Shown: positions 34,167 through 43,222 of the stretch, piece by piece
How the letters are laid out: the number at the start of each line of letters is the position of its first letter
Numbering within the stretch: the stretch's first letter is position 1
Virus record (IMG/VR): IMGVR_UViG_3300032212_000008
Coordinates: 1 to 57,482 of that record
Reading direction: 5' to 3' (one strand)
From: a virus
Lineage: Duplodnaviria > Caudoviricetes
DNA length: 57,482 nt
The notes under the pieces: generated by a model
The model's input: the letters and a program-made list of their open reading frames with translations, nothing else
What the model was told of the DNA's origin: nothing
The model's database searches: none
Translations under genes and position numbers: made by a program

Positions 34167-35191
34167 TAGCTTGCTACCTCCACGCCCATTTCGAGCGCTT
34201 GCAGGTCAGACAACGTCCAGGCGGCAGCGTCCGGCTGAGCGTCGAAGATTTCGAAGAATCCCTTGGACCGGGTGACGGCCACGTCAAAGGCTGACCCCCA
34301 GTCGTAGTTCGTGGACGCCTTTCTCGCAACGAAGCGAGCGTCCCTGGACCCTAGAGAGTCCACGCGCATTAGGGCGTTGAGTTGGACTGCGTACACGGTG
34401 CCTACTAGGCCGGAGATGTCCGAGAAGGAGAACATCTGCCCTTGGTTGTTTGTGGCGCTTTGCAGGTATGTGTCGCTGTCGTCGTCGGTCACCGCAGCTA
34501 CCTTGCTTGCGGCTCCTCCCTCGTTGGACCAGTTATTCACTGATCCGTTGCCGTCGGGCTCGAACCCGACGATCTCGAGAGGTCCCTGGAAGTCGTTTAA
34601 CGAGGACCCTGTTCCGTCCAGGAGTCGAATGTCGTCGAAGTGCCAGTCATTCTCGGTATGCCAGACAAGACGATCCGCGCCTCCAGTTGCCGCAGCGGTA
34701 TCCACGCTTGAGAGCGACCATAGAGGAGAAGCGCTACCGTCGAGTCGCACTTCTACGGAGCCGGTACTTCCTGCGTTTGAGAGGACGACCTTGACCTCAA
34801 AAAAGTACCACTGATCCGTGGTCATGAAGGTCTGCGAGCCGTCCGAGTTGTAGGACCCTATCAGTACGGACAGGTTCCCTCCCCTCCATGCGTACAGGGA
34901 GAACCGACTACTCTCGCGGCGCAGCTCGAGGGTGAACTGAGAGGATCCTCCCAGGTTCAAGCTGCAGTAGACCCTCGATGTGGAGCCGATGGAGGACTCG
35001 GCGTACATGCCGAACCCCAAGATCCAAGTGGATTGGGCCGAGGTGAGCTGAGGTGTCGTGAAGGTGCCGTTGGGGATGTTCTCCGCCAGGCCCAGTTTCC
35101 GCCCGGGGAAGTCGGTGGTGAAGTTACCGGTGGAGGCCTCGTAGATGTTCACATCCCCGATTTCGAAGCCTTCGATGAAGCGAACAACCAT
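34166..35191 (-). CDS. virion structural protein (LamG/ConA-like beta sandwich), paralog 1
   Basis: MVVRFIEGFE start, DQWYFFEV, VEVRLDG, FDDIRL, WT..LQALEMG end. Confidence 0.65.
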   Translation of the reverse strand: MVVRFIEGFEIGDVNIYEASTGNFTTDFPGRKLGLAENIPNGTFTTPQLTSAQSTWILGFGMYAESSIGSTSRVYCSLNLGGSSQFTLELRRESSRFSLYAWRGGNLSVLIGSYNSDGSQTFMTTDQWYFFEVKVVLSNAGSTGSVEVRLDGSASPLWSLSSVDTAAATGGADRLVWHTENDWHFDDIRLLDGTGSSLNDFQGPLEIVGFEPDGNGSVNNWSNEGGAASKVAAVTDDDSDTYLQSATNNQGQMFSFSDISGLVGTVYAVQLNALMRVDSLGSRDARFVARKASTNYDWGSAFDVAVTRSKGFFEIFDAQPDAAAWTLSDLQALEMGVEVAS

Positions 35192-38100
35192 TAGGATCTG
35201 AGGATCTGTTGGAGCCCCTGGCGGTCTTTTTTGACGGCCCGGCGAAGTACGCCGTTTCGGCCGGTGAGTACGTCTTCGATCATCTTCTCAGATACGGTCG
35301 GAAGAACGGTGGTTTCGGAGTTCGAGCCCCCCGGGTTCGATCCGGAAGAGCCTCCGAAGGAGGTGTTGGGTCCTCCGGAGAGCACGGGACCTCCATCAGC
35401 GTACCCTAGTTTGGGTCGATGGTTCGAGGGGCGCACTCTCCGCATGAGGGATGTGACAGCGCTCGGGTTCAATGTGCCCGAGTTCAAGGCGTCCATGAAC
35501 TTCCGCCCAAAGGGCTTCCAGCCCTCGGGAGTCACCACGTACTCGTCCTTGCGGAGCATTGCAGGGATGCGGTCCCGCTTGTCGAGCCCGGAGGGAAGCT
35601 GGCTGAGGGGGACAGGGGTGTTCTTGACCTTGCCGCCGTTGTCGAAGGGCTGCAACGGGGTTCCGCCCTTGGCGAGACCGACACCCACGGCTGCGCCTGC
35701 GGTGCTGAACCCTAGGAGCGACGCGGCCTGAGCAGCCGAGGCCACTAGGGTGGCTCCAGCTGCTGTTGCGGCTGTCTGGATTGCGGCGCCTGCCGCGACG
35801 CCACCTGCTGTTAGAGTGGACGCCGAGGCTGTCGCACCTAATAGGTCATTCACGCTCTCTCCAAACAACGAGTCTAGGACATCGGCGGCTACCTTGTTGA
35901 GCAGCTCTTCGATCAGCGAGTCGAAGATGCCGTTGACCACGTTTGCTGCGAGTTGGGCCAGCGCGTCGCCTACGTCTTCTCCCTCAGCGATTTCGGTGAT
36001 TGCCGTGCGGATAGACCCAGTGAAGGTCTGTAGCGCGGACGTGACGATGCGCTCACCCGCACGCGCCAGGGACTGGTACTGGCGGATGAACTGGTCGATG
36101 CCCAGCAGCAGTCCGTCCGTTAGAGTGCCTGATTCGTACAGTTCGGCTCGTCGAAGCTCCAGGTTGAGCGCTTGTTCCTGCAGCTCAGCGAGTCGCTGGT
36201 AAGTAGCGGCCTGGGCTTCGAGCTGCACGAGCTGCGCGCCTAGCTCGGCCGCGACGGAGACGTTTCCGGTTGCCGCCGCTTGAGCGAACTGCGCTTGGAG
36301 CACTTGGCGCTCCAACACTAGACGCTGTTGGAGGAACGAGTTTCTCAGGCGAGCCTGGTCCACGGCGTTTTGCGCTCGCGCCGCAGCCTGTGCGTCGGTG
36401 CTTGCCTGGGCCGCCTGCAGTCGGATTTGGTCGTCGACCTGCGCGCGGAGCAGCGCCAATTCTTCCTCGCGCTGCAGGCGAGCCGTGCCGCTACGGAAGG
36501 CTGCGGCCGCTTGCTCCTGCTGCGCTCGTTGCGCTTGAAGTCCGAGCAGCTCCTCTTCGAGACGAAGTTGGCGTTGAAGCTCTGTGAACTGCTGAGCCAG
36601 GGCAGCAGCCCGAGCAGGATCGCCTTCCAGCAAAGCGCGGTTGCCCTCGATCTCCAGAAGCGCAAGTGCGTCACGCCGCTGCTGGAGCGTCGCCGCGTTG
36701 CGTTCCCGAGTGAACTGCTGCTGGATGGAGAAGCGCTGAGCTTCGGCTGCAGCGGTGTCTCCCACAACCCTCAGCAGTGCGCGCTCTTGATTCACGCGAG
36801 CTTGGAGTAGGCCTGTCTCTCGACGCGCGGAGTTGACTGCCTGCAGCTCGAAACGCCGTTGCTCCAGGTCGAGCAGGCGTTCGGTGGACTCGATCTGTCG
36901 CTGCAGAGCAAGCTGCTCGATTTGAGCAAGTTGGCTTGATAGGGAAAGTTCTTCGCGAAGCTGCGAGAGTTTGGCACTCAGCTGCTCTTGGGCGAACGAG
37001 CTGATGTCGGCAGCTTTGAGTTGCTCCTCGGTGAGAGCAATACTGTTGGTGAGCTGATCTTGCAGCGCCTGAGAGGCAGCCAGGCGCTCGTTCTGCTCGC
37101 CTCGGAGAGCCAGAATGCGTTGCTGTCCAGTGGACAGACCTTCGCGGTTGAGTTCGCGCTGCAGCTCAACCTCGCGTCGCAAAGAAGCGAGGCGAAGATC
37201 AAGGTCGAGAGCGCCAGCTTGAGCAGCACGGGCCGCGCGCTCTGCCTCAAGTTGCGACAGGTCTTGAAGCAGGGCCTTCGAGGATTCCAGCAGCGCTTTC
37301 TCGTCTGCAGCCAATCCCTTGAGTGTCGTGCGCTCCTGCACGATCTCCTGCAGTAGGGAAGCCAAATCGTCGGTGAGCCCGAGGGAGTCCAGGAGAGCGG
37401 CGGTTTCTTCTTCCCGGCTCTGTGCCGCCTTCAACGAGGCGTCCAAGGCAAAGCGGCGGGCCTCTAGCTCTTGCACGAGAGCCTCGTTCCCTTCGCGCAG
37501 CGCTCGGCCGCTTTCGAGGTTGACGTCCTGGATCTCGCGCTCTGTGTCTCGGATCTCGTCGAGCGTGGACTGTCGACGCTCAAGCAGCGAGATTGAAGCG
37601 CTGATCTGATCGAACTCGGCGGCTGAGAGACGTTGCCGCTTGGACTCAGCCTCAAACAACGCGCCCTCAGCGCGAACGCGTGCAGACTGCAGCGTTTGAA
37701 GTTGTTGTTCGAGTTGGATCTGGGCCCGGATCGCATCCGTGCGAAGGCCGAGGGTGTCGCGGTCGGCTCCGAGTTCAAGGGCCTGCGACTCCTGCTCCAG
37801 CTTCTGCAGCTCGGAGGTGACCTTCTGTGAGTCTTCGGCGATCTTGTTGAGTGTTTCGGACACCGCGCTCAACGCGGGTCGGACGCCAAGCAGGATGTTC
37901 GACAGCGACGTGAGCTGCTGCTCTCCTGCTTTGGTGATCTCTTCTGCAGCGTTGGCTGCGTCCCTGCGTGCGTCCTCCAAGATGCGCTCGCGGTTGGCGA
38001 TCTGTTGCTGTACGAACGAAGTGCCTCGGTCCTCGATCGTTTGGGTTAGGTCGTCGATTTGACCCACGACGCGATCGAGGTCGCCGATCGCTCCGTCGAA

Positions 38101-40314
38101 GAAGCTGGAGCCTGAGAACTCTGCTGCGGCTTGGATCAACGAGCGGAAGGCATCCACAGCAGCGCGGACGGGGCCAAGCACGAGCTTGGAGACACCAATA
38201 CCGATGCCGACGATCGCCTGGAGGAGCACGGTGCCGACGACAGTGGCTGTCTCAAGCAGCGACAGACGCACGCCCGCGATGCGAGAAATGATCTCTCGCA
38301 GCACAAGCGAGATGGTCGTGACGGAGGCCACGAAAATCCCGACGGGGCCGGTAGCGATTGCCAGGAACGCAACGCCGATGCGCTTCACGATCGCTTCCGT
38401 GGCGATGAGGATAGGCGTCCACCCTCCTGCCCTTGCGACAACGGCAGTCACTCTTGCTGCAAGAGCGGTGTAGACCCCGACAAGTGATTTGCCGATACCT
38501 AAGACGATTTGGAACGGGAAGGCGATGGCAGTGGCCGCAGCGCCGATCGCGATAACGACTGTTGCGATGCGGGCGAAGCTGCGTGCGATGTTCTCAAGGA
38601 ACTCGGATTGGTTCTCGATACCTCCGAAGATGCCGGCGAGGTCGCCAAGGCCTTGAGCAAAGCCCTCAGCCAGGGCAGCGCCGATGCCTAGCAGGTTGTC
38701 CAGGGCCCGGGAGAAGACCTCGACACGCTCGGCGATTTCGTCGAATTCAACTCGCTGCAGTGCCTGACGGAAGGATTGCAGTCTGCGAGTGAGCGCGGCA
38801 AAGATCGGCTCAAGCGCAGCGATGAAAGTCTGGTTCGGGTCCGTGCCGTCGAGCAGCAGCCCCAGGATGTCTTGCAGGACTCCGCGCGTCTCGATGAAGA
38901 AGTCGCTGCCTGCTTCGCCCAGAAGCACCTGCAGAGCATCGCGGATACGCGCGGTGAGACCGGCGAAGCTCTGAGCGACGCGCGTGGCTGAGCGATCGAA
39001 CGCGTCGAGCCGCCCTTGCAGGAACTCGAACAGATCGCCGAACTCACGCGCTCGGTTGACGTCCTCGTTGGTGATGCCGAGAGCGGTCGCGATGCGCGAG
39101 GTACGCACATTGATCGCGCCTGTCAGTACCGAGCGGATCTCCTCTGCAAGCTGATTCTGAGCTACGCCCAGAGAGGTCGCGGCTTGCGAGATGAGAACGG
39201 TGACTTGACGGATCTGTTCGACATCGAGGCCGGCGGTCAGTCCAGGAGCGATGGACACCTGGAAAGCGTCCAGCAAGTCCACGAACGTAGCGGCCGTGCG
39301 AAGCGCGTCGCGACGCAGGTTGACGGTCTGCTCTCGGGCGATAGCGAGCGCTTGCTCGAACCCGTTGGCCGCACCGTCCGCAGTGCCGAAGACTGTGGAC
39401 AAGGAGCCAGCAGCGGTGACCAGACCAGCGATTGAGATTTCCGCTTTCTCAAGAGCTGAGTTGAACTGCAGCGCAGTGGTCAGCAGCGAGCGGAAGGTCT
39501 GCAGCGCGGCCCGCGCGGCAGTGAACAGCAAGAAGGCAGCGACGATGCGCCGCAGGGACGGCACGATGCCGTTGAGGCTCCGTTGCAGGAAGCCTACCTC
39601 TTTGTTGAGGCTCTCGACTTGTCCCTTGGCACGAGCCAGCAGAGCAGGGGTGACAGGCAGCCCCTGGGACTGTCGAATGCCTACCTCAGCCTGGGCGATG
39701 CGTTGCTCGCGCGCCGCTCGGGCGACCCGTTTGCGCGCCTCTTCCTCGGCAGTGAGAGCGCGGTTCTCTCGGATGCCGAGGTCGACGCCCAACTGCTTCT
39801 GCGCTGCGAGCAGGCGTGCTTCGGTTCGCTGCTTCCGCAACGCCGTGGCCACCTTGCGGCGCACGAACAGCTCGTCGTCGAGCTGCTCCAGCTCGCCTCG
39901 CTGCCCTTCGGTCTGGCGCAGCTTCCGAAGCTCCACCTGAGCGCGGCGGATCTGGTCTGCGAGCTTTTGACGCGCTTCGGCTTCCTTGGAGACCTCAGCG
40001 GCGCTCCGACGGCTCAGGTTCGCGCCGCGCTTGGAAAGCTCCAGGTCGACCGCGCGGGAGCGTCGAGCCGCGTCGATGCGCTTAGTGGCCAGCTCCTCAA
40101 TCGTGAGTTGCTTCTGCTTCTCACGATTGAGGGCTTTCTGGGCTGTCGTGGCCTCCCGCGTAGCCTTGGCCTGACCGCCGCGTCCTTGCAGCTTACGAAG
40201 CTCGGCAAAGCTCTCCCGAGCCTTGTCGATTTCCTCGCGGAATCGAGTCGTCTCCTTAGAGAACTCGTCGACTACCGCGATCGTGTAGCGCAAGCCGCCG
40301 CGATCTTCAGCCAT
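35191..40314 (-). CDS. tape measure protein (1707 aa)
   Basis: Long Ala/Leu/Gln-rich helical protein with central hydrophobic segments and C-terminal AKGG..DRIPAML..EYVV..YADGG; follows the chaperone genes. Confidence 0.93.
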   Translation of the reverse strand: MAEDRGGLRYTIAVVDEFSKETTRFREEIDKARESFAELRKLQGRGGQAKATREATTAQKALNREKQKQLTIEELATKRIDAARRSRAVDLELSKRGANLSRRSAAEVSKEAEARQKLADQIRRAQVELRKLRQTEGQRGELEQLDDELFVRRKVATALRKQRTEARLLAAQKQLGVDLGIRENRALTAEEEARKRVARAAREQRIAQAEVGIRQSQGLPVTPALLARAKGQVESLNKEVGFLQRSLNGIVPSLRRIVAAFLLFTAARAALQTFRSLLTTALQFNSALEKAEISIAGLVTAAGSLSTVFGTADGAANGFEQALAIAREQTVNLRRDALRTAATFVDLLDAFQVSIAPGLTAGLDVEQIRQVTVLISQAATSLGVAQNQLAEEIRSVLTGAINVRTSRIATALGITNEDVNRAREFGDLFEFLQGRLDAFDRSATRVAQSFAGLTARIRDALQVLLGEAGSDFFIETRGVLQDILGLLLDGTDPNQTFIAALEPIFAALTRRLQSFRQALQRVEFDEIAERVEVFSRALDNLLGIGAALAEGFAQGLGDLAGIFGGIENQSEFLENIARSFARIATVVIAIGAAATAIAFPFQIVLGIGKSLVGVYTALAARVTAVVARAGGWTPILIATEAIVKRIGVAFLAIATGPVGIFVASVTTISLVLREIISRIAGVRLSLLETATVVGTVLLQAIVGIGIGVSKLVLGPVRAAVDAFRSLIQAAAEFSGSSFFDGAIGDLDRVVGQIDDLTQTIEDRGTSFVQQQIANRERILEDARRDAANAAEEITKAGEQQLTSLSNILLGVRPALSAVSETLNKIAEDSQKVTSELQKLEQESQALELGADRDTLGLRTDAIRAQIQLEQQLQTLQSARVRAEGALFEAESKRQRLSAAEFDQISASISLLERRQSTLDEIRDTEREIQDVNLESGRALREGNEALVQELEARRFALDASLKAAQSREEETAALLDSLGLTDDLASLLQEIVQERTTLKGLAADEKALLESSKALLQDLSQLEAERAARAAQAGALDLDLRLASLRREVELQRELNREGLSTGQQRILALRGEQNERLAASQALQDQLTNSIALTEEQLKAADISSFAQEQLSAKLSQLREELSLSSQLAQIEQLALQRQIESTERLLDLEQRRFELQAVNSARRETGLLQARVNQERALLRVVGDTAAAEAQRFSIQQQFTRERNAATLQQRRDALALLEIEGNRALLEGDPARAAALAQQFTELQRQLRLEEELLGLQAQRAQQEQAAAAFRSGTARLQREEELALLRAQVDDQIRLQAAQASTDAQAAARAQNAVDQARLRNSFLQQRLVLERQVLQAQFAQAAATGNVSVAAELGAQLVQLEAQAATYQRLAELQEQALNLELRRAELYESGTLTDGLLLGIDQFIRQYQSLARAGERIVTSALQTFTGSIRTAITEIAEGEDVGDALAQLAANVVNGIFDSLIEELLNKVAADVLDSLFGESVNDLLGATASASTLTAGGVAAGAAIQTAATAAGATLVASAAQAASLLGFSTAGAAVGVGLAKGGTPLQPFDNGGKVKNTPVPLSQLPSGLDKRDRIPAMLRKDEYVVTPEGWKPFGRKFMDALNSGTLNPSAVTSLMRRVRPSNHRPKLGYADGGPVLSGGPNTSFGGSSGSNPGGSNSETTVLPTVSEKMIEDVLTGRNGVLRRAVKKDRQGLQQILRS

Positions 40315-40315
40315 T

Positions 40316-40729
40316 TCAGGTCACCTTGGCGTTGGGGAACAAACTCAGCGTCTTGGAAATGTTGGCTTTCCAATCCTTTTCGCTGGCGGCGGGGTCAGTA
40401 TCGTCGAGGTCTTCGATGCCGAAGTCCTTGAGGAGACCAAGCACTTCCTTCTTGCTGCCCAGCACGATCGTTCCGATAGCCATGGCTAGCTCTACCGCCG
40501 CAGTGCGGCGGCGGCGTTCGATCAGGTAGAACCAGTCTCCGATCTCGAACAGTGACATGCGGGCGACAGAAGGAAAGGGGTGTCCGTTTTGGATGAGGAC
40601 TTGGACGGATTCTAGGAGTCGTCCCCACTCTCGGTCGTCGTCGAGCCAGGTTCCTCGTCCGTCGGCGTCAGCGGAGTCTCCTTGATCCTGTCCTTGAGTT
40701 CCTCCGCTTTCGCCTTCAGGACATTTCCC
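40316..40729 (-). CDS. tail assembly chaperone, -1 frameshift extension (GT-type)
   Basis: The -1 frame from slippery G GGA AAT (40729-40723) is open and in frame with the 40316..40558 ORF. Confidence 0.8.
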   Translation of the reverse strand, partial: GKCPEGESGGTQGQDQGDSADADGRGTWLDDDREWGRLLESVQVLIQNGHPFPSVARMSLFEIGDWFYLIERRRRTAAVELAMAIGTIVLGSKKEVLGLLKDFGIEDLDDTDPAASEKDWKANISKTLSLFPNAKVT

Positions 40730-41271
40730 AGGTCGCCCTCCCCGCTGTTCGCGTCAAGCCAGCCGCGCACGAGCTGGAAGAGGACAGGCAGGTCGATGGT
40801 CGACAAGAAGTTCTGGATGACTTCGGGCTTCAGCTCGCCGCTGTCAGCGTCTCGGTCTTCGGGGTCCTGCTCGTCGCGAAGAGAGTCAAAAACCAGCTCG
40901 CCAATGAGCACGGTGTTGCGCTCGTCGAACAGGGCATCCACAGCTTCGGAGCGCGAGGAGTGCTTGATGTCCGCGAGCTTCTTGAGTTCGTCCGCTGCCG
41001 GGGGAGTGTGTTCCACCTCGCGCTGCTCAACAGAGCCTTCCGAGGTGGTCTTCTCTCGCCAGCCCGTGGTCTTCGCGGCATCGAAGGACCCTTGGTCCGT
41101 CAGCGTCGAGATCGTCGAGACCAGACCTGCGATGAGCGGCCGGCAGCGTCGAGCCGTAGCGAACGTGGCGGGGTACATCTTGAAGGTCTCGGTCTTGTCG
41201 TCTCCGAGGTCGACTTCGACTTCGACGCTCCTCGTGGAGCGGAATCGCTTGAAGCGGGATTTGGCACTCAT
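40612..41271 (-). CDS. tail assembly chaperone (G-type)
   Basis: Between tail tube and tape measure; start MSAKSRF; LGN slippery site near the end. Confidence 0.85.
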   Translation of the reverse strand: MSAKSRFKRFRSTRSVEVEVDLGDDKTETFKMYPATFATARRCRPLIAGLVSTISTLTDQGSFDAAKTTGWREKTTSEGSVEQREVEHTPPAADELKKLADIKHSSRSEAVDALFDERNTVLIGELVFDSLRDEQDPEDRDADSGELKPEVIQNFLSTIDLPVLFQLVRGWLDANSGEGDLGNVLKAKAEELKDRIKETPLTPTDEEPGSTTTESGDDS

Positions 41272-41291
41272 GTCTAACTGGTGGGGTTGAA

Positions 41292-41325
41292 GAGAAAGGG
41301 CCAGCCGGAAAGATCCGACTGGCCC
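41292..41325 (-). terminator. intrinsic terminator after the tail tube gene
   Basis: GGGCCAGUCGGA-UCUU-UCCGGCUGGCCC-UUUCUCUU; the G-U pair fits the minus strand. Confidence 0.75.
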
Positions 41326-41385
41326 CCACGGTAGCCCTTCGCTAGGAGTTAGACAACCCAACGGAGGATGCTGCTACCTACCAGA

Positions 41386-42231
41386 TCACGCAGCGTCGGG
41401 CAGGCGGATGGTGAGGTAGGGGCTGTCGGCGTCGGCGGTGGTGTTTTCTTCCACCTGGCCCGAGATCGGGATGGACGCCAGCTCGTCGCCGATGAGGCTC
41501 ATGTCGCCGTCGGCAAGCAGGGTGACCTTGTGGAATTGGTACTCCACCTTCTGGTCGTTGTTGGCCGGGTTCTCCGAGACGAACTTGAGCGCCACCTGGA
41601 CCGAGGACTGGGACAGGGCGCGTACCTCGTCGACATCCTTGTCGGCAGCGGCAGCGGTCGAGGTCCAAGTCAGGGCCCCGGTTCCGCTGTGTGTGGTAAG
41701 CACACGAACCATGCCCATCTTCAGGTCGACTTCGACTTCGTTGGAGGGAACGATCGCGCCGTTGACCAAGACATGGAAGTTGCCGGCGGCGGGGGTGGCG
41801 CCAGCGTCGTAGCCGTCGAGGTCGTAGTAGCGGCCGTCGGCAGCGGTCTTGAGTTCGTACCACTTGCCTTTGACCACTGCAGCGGACAGGGACTCAGCAG
41901 AAGCAGCGGTCGCGTTCTCGCTCGTGTAGCCCGAGTCGTTGGCGCTGCCCGAGAAGAAGAGAGCCAGGTTGTCGAAGGTCGTCTCGTCTAGTGCGAACGA
42001 GAGGCCCAGCGATTGCTCCAAGACGATCTTCTTGTCGATCGTCGCGAGGCCAGAACGGAAGTTCTTGCGGTCGAGGGTCTCGGAGGCAGCGTTGGTTTGG
42101 AAGTCCGTGACGTTGCCAACGTCGCGGTACGGGCCGGGCAGGTTGTTGGTCAGCTCAGCGACGTAGATGCGACCCCGTCCAAGAAGTACGTTGTCGCCGC
42201 TCGCGTTGCCGGTGGTGTTGACGCCAGTCAT
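41386..42231 (-). CDS. major tail (tube) protein
   Basis: LGRGRIY, DVGNV, LDE...NLALFF motifs; position; followed by a terminator. Confidence 0.88.
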   Translation of the reverse strand: MTGVNTTGNASGDNVLLGRGRIYVAELTNNLPGPYRDVGNVTDFQTNAASETLDRKNFRSGLATIDKKIVLEQSLGLSFALDETTFDNLALFFSGSANDSGYTSENATAASAESLSAAVVKGKWYELKTAADGRYYDLDGYDAGATPAAGNFHVLVNGAIVPSNEVEVDLKMGMVRVLTTHSGTGALTWTSTAAAADKDVDEVRALSQSSVQVALKFVSENPANNDQKVEYQFHKVTLLADGDMSLIGDELASIPISGQVEENTTADADSPYLTIRLPDAA

Positions 42232-42243
42232 GGTGAGGAGGGG

Positions 42244-42753
42244 TCAAGAGGGAAGGTACGGCAGAGATTCGAAGCGGTAGGTAGCCTCGGTGCCGTCCGG
42301 TGATTCGTGCTGTTTAGGGTGTTTCACCGACTTCGACAGCACAAGCACGAAGCGCCGGTCGATGCCGTTTTCTGGGTCACTGGGTACTGATAAGTACCCG
42401 GCTTGCTCCAAGGCTCTCTCAAATGGGTCGAGATCCACCCACGCCTGGAAAGTGAGGATCACTTCGAAGACCTGACGGGTGCGTTCCAGGGAGTAGGTCC
42501 GCCTGTTCCTGCGGTCAGGGGACCACTCAGCCGAGACCTCGCCGACGAGCCTTGCCGTGGGTGTCAGCTCGTTGCCTGTGACCTTCAAGTTGTCGTCCAC
42601 TAAAATTAGTTGACGGAACTTGTAGTTGGAGGCGAAGGCGAGAATGGCCTCAAACGCAGCGGTCGTATGGCTTACGTAGCCTTGTGCTTCGAACAGATCG
42701 AAGCTGCCGGCCTCCGCGCTTGATTGCGCGGCAGTGAGGATGAGACTAGCCAA
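42244..42753 (-). CDS. putative tail terminator/completion protein
   Basis: Size and position directly before the tail tube. Confidence 0.5.
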   Translation of the reverse strand: MASLILTAAQSSAEAGSFDLFEAQGYVSHTTAAFEAILAFASNYKFRQLILVDDNLKVTGNELTPTARLVGEVSAEWSPDRRNRRTYSLERTRQVFEVILTFQAWVDLDPFERALEQAGYLSVPSDPENGIDRRFVLVLSKSVKHPKQHESPDGTEATYRFESLPYLPS

Positions 42754-43222
42754 GGTACTTGAGGTTCAAGAAGGAGCCATTCGCGAAGGTCAGCTTCGTA
42801 CCTGACGAAGTGACCAAGCGGTCAACGAACACTTCGAGGTAGTCGTCGGCTGTCGCGTTGTTGAACACGAAGGGGACGATACACGGGGTCTGAGTCACGA
42901 ACCCGAGAGCGGAGTAAACAAAGCCCTGCGCTCCGTAGGCTCCCTGCAGCTGGGTGCCGTCGAGCTTCAGCTTGAGGCCAAACTGGCACGAGCCTGCAGT
43001 ACCGGCGCTGACAGTCAGTTGAGCACACGCTTCGTAGTAGCCCGTCTCGTGAAGCTGGACCCTGTTGTTGGCCAGGTCGACGGTGAACGTGTCTGCGTCC
43101 GTGTTCCTGGTGGTCGAGTTGAACGCTACCTTGGTCTCTGCGGCAGCGTTGAGGTCTTGGTTCCCTGCAGTGTCTACGATCTGGACCATGCGGTCCATGA
43201 CTGTGTTGAGGTCGCGTGCCAT
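42746..43222 (-). CDS. C1q/TNF-like virion protein
   Basis: KVAFN, ETGYYE..AQL, DYLEVFV, SFLNLKYL jelly-roll pattern. Confidence 0.6.
   Translation of the reverse strand: MARDLNTVMDRMVQIVDTAGNQDLNAAAETKVAFNSTTRNTDADTFTVDLANNRVQLHETGYYEACAQLTVSAGTAGSCQFGLKLKLDGTQLQGAYGAQGFVYSALGFVTQTPCIVPFVFNNATADDYLEVFVDRLVTSSGTKLTFANGSFLNLKYLG

Noticed and set aside
33012-35191. Diversity-generating retroelement behind the paralogous tail genes
   Set aside because: No reverse transcriptase and no near-identical TR/VR pair with adenine-specific mismatches seen.
35310-35350. tRNA suggested by GTTCGA motifs
   Set aside because: It lies inside the tape measure CDS and forms no cloverleaf.
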